Source: Dimorphilus gyrociliatus
Lineage: Eukaryota; Animalia; Annelida
NCBI GenBank assembly: GCA_904063045.1
Contig: CAJFCJ010000006.1
Coordinates: 3,674,408 to 3,738,407, forward strand
Direction of reading: 5' to 3'
Length of the DNA: 64,000 nucleotides
Of this stretch, positions 36,601 to 47,560 are shown piece after piece. The first letter of the stretch is position 1, and each line of letters begins with the position of its first letter. The notes under the pieces were generated by a model. It saw only the letters and a program-made list of their open reading frames with translations, did no database searches and was not told the origin of the DNA. A program made the translations under genes and the position numbers.

Positions 36601-38040
36601 CTTAAATTTCGGATCAGGATTCCGAACAGTAATTTTCTCCGTTTTTATAAGACCGTCTTCGCGGAAATGAATCTGAAGCATCGGTAAAGGATCGCCAGTT
36701 GCTTCACAAGTTAGTCTAACTGAAGTTTTCCCTATCAAAAACTTTGAGAAAGTCACAATTTGAGCCGCTACGCAAGAGAAATTTGATTCCTTCATATTAA
36801 TAAAATGACTAAACTGTGGCGTTTGACATTTAGTAGAAAAGAAAGAATAACTTCTTTGAGATTTTAGATAGTCATAAAGCCACCTTAGTTGGCAATTACA
36901 ATGGAATTTATTTCCGTTAAATTTCAATTGTAGTCCGTCCTGTAGCATGTCTGTCAATTTCTTTGAAAAGCCATGTTGTTCATTATATATTGTACGAAGT
37001 TTGCAGTAGTTAAAGTTAGCCGTTTTTAAATATGCTACATCTCTTGGGTGTAGTTCCGTAAAAAGATTATTAGAAAAATCAACCTTTGTCATTAAAGGGA
37101 ATAAACCAACTAAACCCTGACTTGGAATGGATTCTATTTTATTATAGGCAGCAGAGAGGGTTTTAATACGTGGGAAAGCTAGGGATAACAGATGTAGATC
37201 TTTCAAGCCAGTAGTTTCACAACTGAGGCTGTCTATACTAAAATTTGATGATTTTGTACTACTCCAATCAATCTGATTATTGCTTATATCTAGGTGTTTT
37301 GTGGTCAAGCCATTAAGTTTACTTAAATCCTTAAGGCCTGCGTTTCTCAATATTAGCTTATCCAAGCGTAAATTTTTGAAGGATAATCTGTTTTCCGGGT
37401 GAACGACGGGAACATTCGTAAAAGATACAACTTTAATCGAATTTCTCATCCACTGAAAAAACTCTCCGTTTGTCATTATCAGCTTGCTTGAGTTGATTAC
37501 AATCAATTCCTCAATCATTGCGTCAATAAATATGTCTCGTCTAATTTCTGTTAAACGATTAAAACCTATTTTCACCAACTTCATTGAATTTCCCCCAAGA
37601 AAACCATAATCAATAGTATGAAGAGAATTTCTCAGAAGAATCAAGGAACGAAGAGAATCTATTCTTCTAAACACATTTGCTCTAAGACGTTTGAATTTAT
37701 TACCAATTAGCGAGACTGATTTGATGGCTTTAGCCTCCCGGAAAGCTCTTTCTTCGATATCATACAACACCGAATAGGAAATAGTAACAGTCTCCAAGAA
37801 ATGATTATTCTTAAAGGCGTCATCCGGCAGCTTTTCAACCTTTGAATCAGTTAGAGAGAAAGACGTCGTATTAAGAGGAAGTGAAGGGAAATCGCCTTCA
37901 TAATCATAGCAGTCGACGTTTAATTTCCATCCTTCATATGTACAATCGCACCGTTGAGATTCTTCACAGATATTTTGGCGAGATAGATGGAAAATGACGA
38001 TAAATAATAGAGTCTTTAACAAAATACACTTCATCTTCAT
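33667..38040 (-). CDS. Large double LRR-Ig type I membrane protein with a central Ser/Thr mucin-like stalk, single exon, 1457 aa
   Basis: Signal peptide, LRRNT-LRRs-LRRCT (FHCNCQLRWL), Ig (TCEATGDPLP...YCVARN), Thr/Ser-rich region, second LRRNT (CPTICNC)-LRRs-LRRCT (FTCDCNVAWF), Ig-like segment, TM (IYLAVGLSLICLFIIILAAFAI), and a 15-aa tail. Confidence 0.9.
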   Translation of the reverse strand: MKMKCILLKTLLFIVIFHLSRQNICEESQRCDCTYEGWKLNVDCYDYEGDFPSLPLNTTSFSLTDSKVEKLPDDAFKNNHFLETVTISYSVLYDIEERAFREAKAIKSVSLIGNKFKRLRANVFRRIDSLRSLILLRNSLHTIDYGFLGGNSMKLVKIGFNRLTEIRRDIFIDAMIEELIVINSSKLIMTNGEFFQWMRNSIKVVSFTNVPVVHPENRLSFKNLRLDKLILRNAGLKDLSKLNGLTTKHLDISNNQIDWSSTKSSNFSIDSLSCETTGLKDLHLLSLAFPRIKTLSAAYNKIESIPSQGLVGLFPLMTKVDFSNNLFTELHPRDVAYLKTANFNYCKLRTIYNEQHGFSKKLTDMLQDGLQLKFNGNKFHCNCQLRWLYDYLKSQRSYSFFSTKCQTPQFSHFINMKESNFSCVAAQIVTFSKFLIGKTSVRLTCEATGDPLPMLQIHFREDGLIKTEKITVRNPDPKFKRNRLSVVYTRDNSVHSDLIAYCVARNEKDTVDAVITLTSLLGITRSQPTPTTMTRKSSTTKPTTLKASSNPTKEFETTPSTSKTVVNTKSFSKTTLTPSPSTTPLPESSSTMDNFKTTVNVETTRRSSKGSSTLSEHHTEPRTTSPSLSKTTTAATTTATTKATTTAATMKVTEDRSTKVTSDSSKTKKSSLQWTTTQMPSSSRGDNKSSQESKTTRRSSKGSSTLSEHHTEPRTTSPSLSTTTTTKATTTAGTMKVTEERSTKVTSESSKTKKSSLQWTTTQMPSSSRGDNESSQEPKKSTESTTSASPISTTLTNAVSTSTKAPSIEESLTKIKVTIIEKGNSKVSLTCKSNLNEKLTLQLFTSKNKSQEFTIVDEQFSIRTDNSNQISFYIGNPSDDDTPALASLNEDCPTICNCRDQSITCPASDENIMEIPKLSANSQFTKLFINKGNLEVLDSSSFQGYDNFEEILLSNCNLKTLHKNTFSKMRNLKSISIWNNDELQSIPEGIFLNNRELQYISMSTNGIQELPRNFVRGLHLITVDLRSLQLKSLHHSVFSNSTMRNLFLSNNRKLSDWDPSEVVMHLNVSHLAINSIPMAKLQHSLDFSTLQAMERLDMSNTEISQLKFLDGVRTTDVIINHNHFESLPLHPQMDWTFLRYCNITNSKLISIDQLPSMPKILHLNLKENSITHLNQLNISKKFPNLEVLILSSNKISVFDANIITGFGSRLRSLFLNSNLLKTIPKPNQPIGEIWPAMKYFDLNENIFTCDCNVAWFYEWSYGNENISAPYCLIQIDQVRLLNEMPREGFNCSPRDIISFNYTMDDERVDVSCGNGDICSNSARISIEDEGYSGTRKTSSESRGAALVSYEYTENTIRLIIRCDISNPTNGTGIISKTKIINIRSKSTEDPQTRTTQTSIKTTSPQKQSLNSTGDSTDYSTIYLAVGLSLICLFIIILAAFAIRNWKIAKKFRKLQME
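35710..36236. repeat. Near-identical in-frame tandem duplication (~251 and ~272 bp copies) inside the mucin stalk
   Basis: Copies at ~35710-35960 and ~35965-36236 both encode TTRRSSKGSSTLSEHHTEPRTTSPSLS..T..MKVTE.RSTKVTS.SSKTKKSSLQWTTTQMPSSSRGDN.SSQE. They differ by a few substitutions and a 21-bp indel in the poly-Thr/Ala tract. Confidence 0.95.
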
Positions 38041-38668
38041 ACGTCAACTATCAGCTACTGTTAGGCAATTTTAACGTAATATATTTATGACTGAATCAGG
38101 TCGTGATATTCGTGACGTACCATTATTCATGGCCTAGCATTTCTGGCGGGCGTATAACAAAAAATATTCGTGGCAAGAAAAAATTCACATTCTTTAAGAA
38201 AAATATTGAATATAAAGCAATCCAGATGGCGCTGGCTGAATGTGGTTGTCGCTAAATTTATCCTATATTAGTTTACTAACACTACCGAAACAATAGATAA
38301 ATCATTTTTTTTCTTTAATGTATGTCATCAAAGATATCCTGCTACCGTTTATAATTTGATAAATATTTAAAATTGACTACTTCGGACATTTAACCAGGCC
38401 TATTAGCATCGAAGAAGCAAACGAGGATAGGATGTCTACTTCCGTCAGCCAACAGGCACGTTCTGACCACTTTGAGTAGATCAAAGTATGTAATAAAGAA
38501 TTCGAAAGGGAAAGATAAAATTTTTTTAGGAAGAGATAGCTATCAATAATGAAATATATAACGACAATAAAAGAGAATCATAGGCGCATATGTAGGAAAC
38601 ATTAGCTAATGATGAGGAAGAGAATTTTGTGAATTAAAATATAAAAAAAGAATATAAAGGATAGAGGA

Positions 38669-38670
<2 letters not shown>

Positions 38671-38713
<43 letters not shown>
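38671..38713. repeat. (AT)n microsatellite
   Basis: Direct reading. Confidence 0.9.
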
Positions 38714-38715
<2 letters not shown>

Positions 38716-38993
38716 ACAAACAATGCATATATGTATTTATATTAGTATATACAATAAAATCTATGGCATATGGATATATATGTGAAGTAAATGCGGCGAT
38801 GAAAGAAAGGGGGAGCAGCATTCGCAAAAGTTGAGAATAAAAGGCACAGCGAATATTTTAGCCGACGTTTTTTTCCGGCGACCAGAAATCGTAAGCGTCC
38901 AATCAATGTTGAGAGAAATAAGCATGTATAGGCCATTGCTGATCGAGGATTTATGCATTCGCTCTTCGGCTGTCGACCGGTGAAAAATATTAC

Positions 38994-39927
38994 ATGGCGT
39001 GGGTGTGTTATATATTTATTGTTTTCTATTTAGTTACAGGTAAGCACGAATCTATTCTTCTATTCAATCTATTTTTCACTTTTTTTGTTAATAAACTTCT
39101 TTTGTAAATTGTATATTTAGTAATATTTTTCCCCTATTTTCTATAGAATTGCTATTAAAAAAATATTTTACTCCCACAAATATTTATCCCCTATTCAGAT
39201 ATTTTTTGTTTATCTAATTATATATATACAGTATATCTAGATATAAAATATATATATATTAATATATACAAATATTAATTTGATTCATATTAACTATATG
39301 TTGTTACATTTAACAAAATTATTACCAATTAATTAGCTCAATCGGAAATGACCGATGAGGAAATTCTACTGAAGGAACTCTTTGACCATTATAATCCTAC
39401 TGCAAGACCTGTTCTAGATTCAGTTGATAGCGTACAAGTTTCTATTCAATTTTCATTGATGCACATCAAAGATTTGGTAAGTCATATGTATTCACAGATA
39501 TATATAGATATATGTTGATGATTTAGGAAGAATATATCTAAATAAAAATATATAAAAAAACAGAGCGAGCGAGGGTGAGGGGAGGGAGGGAGAGAGAGAG
39601 AGAGAGAGAGAGAGGTAAAAGTAATAGTGACGAAATTAATCATGGTAGGCCTAATTTACGAGGTATCTGTGTCTCTTAAAGTCGGGGTTGTTAATTAGTG
39701 GGCTGTTTACCATTAAATAGAGATAATTCCCAAAGAAAAACATAAATATACAGTATTAATAACTCAAAGAATTATGATTATTATATATACAGTATATATA
39801 AAATTTACATATATGTATGCTATTATACTGTACTATCATTAACTTTACAATTAAGGAATTCTATAGAGGTACAGTTTAATAAAACCGCATCAAACTAAGC
39901 TAATTAAATTATTAATACATTCTATAT

Positions 39928-39983
<56 letters not shown>

Positions 39984-41339
39984 ATCTGTTGTATATACTT
40001 TATATATATATATGATTAATCAAGGTATTCATTCAGACCGATTTTCTTATTGTTAGATGGGATTAGTGAAATTAATACAAAAAAAATAAAAATCGATTAT
40101 TACGCTATATATTCATTGGATTTTTATTTGGCTGTTTATTTTCACATTACGATAGTTTTTTCTCTTTTTTTTTTTGAAAAAAAAATGAAAGAGAAAAAAA
40201 AATCACTTAAGTCATTCTATTTAGTCTATGTAGAACAAATCTATTTTTTCTTAATTTATACCCTATTGAAAACAGGACGTTCGTAGTCAGGTCTTAACCA
40301 CCACCGGTCTACTTATCTTGGTAAGTCATTGAATGGATAATATATATATACTGTATATATATATATACATATATACAGTTTATATTTTTAAATATTCTCA
40401 CATATTAGTATATAGATAATATATTAATAATGATATATAATACCACTAGTCCTTGTTGTTTAACAAAAAATCTTGACTAATAATAATATAATAGGTCATT
40501 ATCATAAATTAATGTATTTATTTAAATATACTAATTGTATCGAAAATCTTATAATTCTCGTCGAATTAGTAAATACATTTTGAAATGTCGATCTTATTAA
40601 GAGAAAATTGGCCAATTTCTTTTTTTATCTTGTTCTCCATTTTGTCTCTTTATCTCCTTCCCCCGTCCCCACCCCCTCCTCCCCAATTTTTTATATTCCC
40701 TTCTGAAGAGTTTACTTATCTTCTGTTTTGTGTTTTTTACTTTAAATCTCCTACGTTGTACTAACAAGTTGGACATTCATTGAAAATTAATTAAAATCAT
40801 GAATACTTATCAAGCTACTATTAGAAATAATTTGATGCTGAATGTGTTTTAGGACCCTTATATAAATGGTTCAAAGTATTATCACTAGTTAAAATCGGCC
40901 TAAACTTTTTCTTCGAGTCACGCTATTTCTTAATCAATTCTCCAGCTAACATACAATACCGATTAAGATAGGATGAATTGCTTTGGAAATAATCCTTATG
41001 AAGTAAGAAATGATAAAAAAGAGAGGCGGTTTTCCACAAAACTTCTTACTCAATAGTTGACCCTTTTTGTTTAAGCATATTAAGAGTTTACTGTTACATA
41101 TTTTTTATCTCTCAATTGAATAGCTTAAATTCCTTATTTTTTCTCCTTTGAAGGCGTAGGAAACGTAACAAGTTAGTCTTATACATCGACTATTTATATA
41201 ATAGTATTCTTTTACTAAAATCTTCACTTTTCAAAGTTCTAATACCTCATAGTTATTGTGTAGGGAAAGTTTAATATCTGCTTAATACACACGAGTGTAG
41301 CCACATATAATCTCTTATCAAAATAGAGAGAAGGAGAGT

Positions 41340-41417
<78 letters not shown>

Positions 41418-44111
41418 GAGTGAGTGAGTGACACGCAGACAAAGACAGAGAATGATAGAGATTGACAAAGAGGTAAAAAAGATAAAATAATAATCGATAA
41501 TCTGAAAAACAGTATAAATCAATCATATGTGCAGAAAGGTGTACTTACTCCTGCTTTATTTGCTTTAATGAATAGGAAAAGCGAGCGGGAATGAAACAGT
41601 AAATGTTCTACTACAGTAATAGAATGATAATGTCGATAGGTTTTTTATGTGATTAAAATAGTATTGTGAATGATTAGGTGTGTACTAGGTGAGACCCTAT
41701 TATGCGTTGCACGACTAGTTATCAAACATGTTTTTAAACCAACTTTGCACGTAATTTATCTCAATTATTAGCTATTTGTTAAGTTACATACCCTATCCTG
41801 TTTGTCTTTCACTTTACACCACGCCCCTTCCGTTCTCCTCTCCTCCCTCCCAGAGAAAATTGGAGGGGTCGAAAGACTGACAAACGAGTTTCGGTATTCG
41901 ATGCCCCAGGGCGTTACTTTAGACGGCAACGTACATACGTAGGACACGGTAGCTCGAGAATGATTGATAGCAGCAAGACTTACGATGAATAATTAAGAAA
42001 AAGAAATTCGAACGTTTTTCTCATTCGTGCAGGAACTATGGAGAAAACTCTCCGGGGTGTAATACTATATCTGCTCGAAAGAGATAACATTAATGTTTTC
42101 TATTAAAAAATTCAATTTTAGAATATAAACAAAAACCTTTTTTAATAGGAAAAAAGTATACGAGAGTAGAGTAGAGTAGAGATAGATAGAGAGAGAGAAA
42201 GAGAGAGAGTGAGTGAAGAAGGGGGAGGGGCAGGAGAAGGAGATAGAGACAGTAAAAAAGGAAATGATGAACGAATGTATGCCGTACGAAAACCGTACAA
42301 CAAATCGATTAAGTCATCTCTAATGCATAAATCACAACTTTTCGTAGCATTGGAGAGACGAACGACTGCAATGGAATCCTATGGAGCACAAGAACTTAAC
42401 CGAACTGATAGTAGAAGCGAAATTACTATGGAGACCGGAGTTCGCCGTTATTAACGGGTTACGCATATCCATAATTTTTCCTTAATCCGCCAATAATTGA
42501 AAATGAACGTCGTTTTCACCCCTTCCCCTACTTTACAAACTTACAGGGCGGAAAAGATTTATGAGAACTACAACCAATTCCGTGCCATAATTGAATATAA
42601 TGGAGACATCCGATGGGAACCTGGGGGAGTCTTTCAGACAATGTGTCCAATTGATATTACATTTTATCCTTTCGATGAACAAGTGTGCTATATGGTTTTT
42701 GGCGCATGGTCGTATCATACTTCAAAAATGAATCTCACTTCTGGTACAAATATCATCAATCTGGATTCATATAAAGGAAATGGAGAATGGCAAATATTAA
42801 AGTAAAAATCTATTTTTCCCTTTTTCTATCTTCTTTTTCTTAGGAAACTATAAAAAAAAGGATTTTGCACAAAGTTCCTTTGAGAACATTGAATTATTGA
42901 TGATTCATATTTTTTTTTCAAAAAATCTAAGAAATTTATTATAACCTTGTAGCACGTCAGCAAAACGTCAAGAATTTAATTACGAATGCTGTCCGGAAGA
43001 GCGCTTTTCCAACGTTGCCTTCAAAGTTCACCTTCGCCGACGGCACATCTTTTACATAATGAATATCATCCTACCTTCAATTCTTACAAGCGTGCTACTA
43101 TTATCCATATTCTTTTGTACTCCTGGTAAGACATAAATAATTTAGCATCACAAAACCAATCTAAATGAGAATCTAAATGTTTTTGGATATCTTTAGGACA
43201 AAAAGTGCAGATTGGGGTTGTCGTTTTACTATCTTTTCGAATATTTCTATTGAACGTGGCGGGAAATATACCAAAGACCTCGGATCATATTCCACTTTTA
43301 GGTAGATGGGCAAATAAAGCTCTAACGAATAAAAATATTCATTTCCGCTTTAGGCATATATTTGACTTGCACGATGGCTATAACGACGTTATCTATGGTT
43401 CTCACCGTACTAGTTCTTAATCTTCATTTTATTACGGATAGACCAGTTCCTGATTGGGTAAAAAAATTTCCCTTATTACCTTATGTATTAGTGATTTAAA
43501 TTCGACTAGAATATTAATTAAGTAATTATATAAAGTGGATAGAATTTGCATAATGAAAATTTACACATTTCTCTCATGTCCAGGTTACAACAGTGGTCAT
43601 TCGTTACATAGGTCGAATATTTGGTCCTTGCGAGAAAGATCCAGAGAAGAAGGCCAAAGTTAGAAATCGACGTCATACAAGAAATTTAATACCATTTAGG
43701 AAAGCCAATATCCGGCTGACTTCAACAGGATCGGGTTAATAACGATTGTTTGTATTCATTGATTCAAAGGCTTATTTGTCTTCGCTTTGTTTAGATTGCG
43801 ACGAGGCTACAGTCATAGAATTGCAACAACTGGATGGTAACGTCTCCGAAACTCAGAATTCACCAATTAGGACAAATCAGATTAATTATCAAAACCAATG
43901 TAGTAGTTGTAGTAGCTACCAAAAATCGGACGAGGAAGAGAAAAAGAAAGAAGCAGAACGGAATGCTAAAGATTGGAAAAATGTTGCCGAAACTATGGAC
44001 AGACTGTTCTTTTGGTTGTTCCTCTGTGCAATTTTTATATCAACGTTGGTTCTCTTTCATCCGTTGACTGATAAATATATACGTCAGACTACAATATCGC
44101 AAAATTACTAA
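38994..44111 (+). CDS. Nicotinic acetylcholine receptor-like Cys-loop subunit (alpha-type, vicinal Cys in loop C), ~10 exons
   Basis: MAWVCYIFIVFYLVT|AQSEMTDEEILLKELFDHYNPTARPV...IKDL|DVRSQVLTT...|HWRDERLQWNP...LWRPEF...; Cys-loop CPIDITFYPFDEQVC; GAWSY; YECCPEE; M1-M4 including LRRRHIFYIMNIILP and DWKNVAETMDRLFFWLF. Confidence 0.95.
39928..39980. repeat. Compound (CT)n(AT)n microsatellite in a nAChR intron
   Basis: Direct reading. Confidence 0.9.
41345..41414. repeat. (AG)~35 microsatellite in a nAChR intron
   Basis: Direct reading. Confidence 0.95.
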
Positions 44112-44499
44112 TCAACTTGAAGAAAAAAAAGAAGCAATTTGTATATACAGTAAGAAAATATTAATGAATATGTACATTTTTATTTAAATCTTGTTACATT
44201 TTCCAGTGAACTTTACAGTTCTCATTGCGGTATTTCTTTTTTTCTAAGTAAAACGATATGTGCTTTTCTATAAAAAAAATAATATATCTGACGTAAGTGA
44301 CATGGGGAAAGACACAAACATTCACAGAGCTATCCACCGTGAAGAGAAAAGTAGGAATAAAAGCGTCAAGGAAAAAAAATTCATCAAATCTCTGTCTCTG
44401 CCACCATTTGTGAGTCAATTGACAGAATATCAGAGTCTAATTGATGATTGTAACTAGTATCTACTAAAGACACGTCCTCTTGCTTTTTAAAACATTGAC

Positions 44500-46020
44500 T
44501 TGAGATGAAGAATTTTCCTGTTTTTCTCTTTAATTTTTGTTGATGCTTATTCTAAGGGAAAGCGAATAATGACGCTCAAATAATAACACAGCTACTAACA
44601 GCAAATATATTGCTCGTTGGTATTCCACTCTCATGTAGACTAGAATCCTTTGATTTCATTGTTTCGCCGATGTTTAATACACCTAAAGTGTTTTTGGCGT
44701 TGCTTTGCCAACTCAACAGTTTTTCATGCTGCATTTTGTAATTTTAAGTATGTTCTGAGAATTGTTATTAGTGTAGACCTCCGTTGATGAAAATTGATTG
44801 CTATTGGAGCACTTTATTGAAACCCATTATTTTAACAGAATTTACTATCGTAGAACATGTCATGGATTCTAGGCATCCTCCCTCTGACTGAAAGGTTGCT
44901 AAAGAGAACTATTATATTTCGCAAGCTTTTCCTCTCTATCCCTTAAAATCAATAGCTAAATTACCCAGTTTTACATAGCAATTTCAACAAAATCTATGAA
45001 AAATTTTTCAATTATCCTCAAGTTATAACGTAAAAAAAAATGTCATTTTAACGATGTCCAATTGTTAAATCCAATAATTACTGAACTGTCACCGTTAATT
45101 GAAACTAACAATTCTCCAAACGCCAAAGTCTGGTAATCCGCTATGATTTTAAATTGATTAGATATAGAATATAATTCAATTATATTTAGAGAATTAGATA
45201 AACTGTAAGCAAGAAAATTCCATAGATTTCCTATACAGTCAGTATATTTCATATATTTCAGTCTATTAAATAAATTTTGTCGATAGCTTATGGAGTCCCA
45301 ATAACCAACCAATAATCTATTCAATTCTAAATATTCTAAGCAATCGGCAGACCTGGAATCGTTGATTACTTTGAATGCCTAATCTATAGGTGATAAAAGG
45401 AATCATCGACTATTATTCTTTTTACACAGCAATTAACGAAAGACGTTTGTCTAAAGTGAATTGATTGCAAACGTGCAGATATTGAATAAATGAGTTAGAG
45501 GCAGCCGCAAAGTAAGACAGAAGAATTTAGGTAAAGGCCATTAGCAATTCTCGAAACACTGCTCTGTATAAGTTTATCTTTGATGTAAGTACCCTAAACA
45601 ATGATTTAGTGAATTCAAGGTTTTGAATCCATAGCTTTCAAATACTGAAAAGCTATGAATTGAAAGTACTGTCCAGTTTTCATGTTTATGAATGCTTTCA
45701 ATGATGCTTGGTAATAATCTATAAGAGTGCAACTTTGCCACGGCTCAAACCAGTTAGAGTCAAAAAACTTGAACGAAAAGTTTACTCCTCCAAACAGTAA
45801 CATGCTGATCAATAGAAAAGATCGAAATCCATTAAAATCTGCTAAGTAGAAAAACTATCCAATATGATTTTATATTCTCAATCTCGATCATATCAATAAA
45901 AGTTGTTCGGTCAGCCCAAATTCATTTATCCGTCCAATAATTCAATTTCAAACGAATGTTCAATGATAAACAATCCGGTTCCAAAGAGTTGATTTATCGA
46001 TAGGTAACATTTATCATATA
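44500..46020. other. Unresolved coding-like interval between the nAChR and SINHCAF 3' ends
   Basis: Several minus-strand open frames look protein-like (e.g. DFNGFRSFLLISMLLFGGVNFSFKFFDSNWFEPWQSC after a strong acceptor near 45843; ...FKIIADYQTLAFGELLVSINGDS...; HEKLLSWQSNAKNTLG...). I could not assemble a consistent model. Confidence 0.25.
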
Positions 46021-46246
46021 AACCATAGCAGTTCTTACAGGAAATATATCTTATTACTACTAATAAAAGAATTGTTTAACTATTATGAAAAAACATTCTG
46101 TTTCTTTGTTTTAGACATTTAAAAAGTATTAAAAAAAAAAGTAACGAAAAGTATGAACTACAAAATTTAAAAAAATGAAAAAGAAAAAGGAGTATTTCAA
46201 AAAAAAAAGGAAAAAAAACTCACTACAAATGTTATTTTGTGTAGGA

Positions 46247-46952
46247 CTATTCATCTTCCAAATGACATTTCCTAAAAATATTATTAACATTGAAGCAATT
46301 CGACTTTGACTTACAGTCCCACATACTTAAAAGAAGACTATCAACAGTCACTTCACCTTTCTTATTCACGAAGACAATTCCGCAGCAAGTTTTTTGAGGT
46401 TGAGATATAGTCAGATCAATATATGAGCTTGTATAATATACTCTTGTTTCGTAACTATCTTCTTCAGCTTCTGATTCTGATACTATAAATAATTGTATTG
46501 TTAAACAGAAGTTTAAATAATTAATTGTTCAAAAAGTTCTTACATTCAAATTCTTGTAGATCTAATAGAGCTCCAAACGCTTTTTTCTTTGGTTTAGACT
46601 TTTTCCGTCTTCCTTTGCTATTTGATGGGAAATCAGGCCTTTTTTTACCTTTAGACAATCGATGATTTTCATCAGGTGGTGGCAATCTCCTTCGTCTACC
46701 CCTAGGCGCCGCTTTACTACCAACGTATCTTTCGTAAGTTTTTACACCTCCACTTTTTAAATGCCTTTTACATAATAAAACACATGCGTTGCACATTTGA
46801 CCAGTTCGTTCCTCGGTAGGTATGAGATTGAAACACTGTTTAAAGTGTTCTTCGTAGGGTTTGCTTGCTGTAAATCTTGAAGAGGATGTTTTCGTCTCAC
46901 AAATACAGCATCCGTTAGGATTTCGAAACATTTTAGGCCTATGGCAAAACAT
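46247..46952 (-). CDS. SINHCAF: SIN3-HDAC complex-associated factor (FAM60A), 2 coding exons
   Basis: MFCHRPKMFRNPNGCCICETKTSSSRFTASKPYEEHFKQCF...GQMCNACVLLCKR and C-terminal YIDLTISQPQKTCCGIVFVNKKGEVTVD match FAM60A. Confidence 0.92.
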
Positions 46953-47560
46953 CTTGGTAGAGATTCTGCTGTTACAAACCTCTTGCCCGTATCGTCACAA
47001 ATAATACTCTGAAAAAAAAACAAAAAGATTAAGTCATTTCCTACAACATATTTTAATTATGAGAAATTTAGTAATACAGAGTAAATTCAATTTGGATGGC
47101 CGTCAACGAAGAGCCTATACTAAACCTAAGCAAAGTGAAAGTGGTACAAATGACCCAGTCGTTTTCATATTAATTCACCAAATTTCAAGTTTTTTTCTGT
47201 TCTATATCACTCTTCTCAAATACAAAAGTGTTTTTTTTCATATTTGAAATATAAACTTTAAGGTATACTTTAAATATCAAAGCGAATAACAAAGAAAGAA
47301 AAGTAAGGGCGAAATTAGGTGAGTAGGTATTGTTAACAAAATAACAAAATACCTAACGACAGCCTCTTGCAATAATTACCCTTAAAATGTTATATAACCA
47401 TGATATATTTATATGGTATAGCTAATACAAAATTATAAAACATAACAAAAAAGGAAACTTACAAACATACGAGTAATTACTTGTTTTCCCGGGCTGATTC
47501 TTTTAACGGCCGAAAATGATTCAAACAGTGTATAGCCTTCTAAATCACATAGTCCATGGG

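Noticed and set aside
41239-41526. ORFs with SLSLSL runs, plus YIYIYI ORFs at 19133-19592, 23559-23846 and 38606-38827
   Set aside because: Translations of (AG)n and (TA)n microsatellites.
41840-42060. GC-richer, stop-poor patch in the large nAChR intron (possible alternative exon)
   Set aside because: No frame resembles the expected xWxDxxLxW exon, the donor is weak, and the real exon lies at ~42349. It may be regulatory, but this is unsupported.
46250-46316. GTAAGT...AG inside the end of SINHCAF as an extra intron
   Set aside because: Splicing would create an immediate TGA, whereas the unspliced frame gives a coherent C-terminus (WDCKSKSNC...LEDE*).
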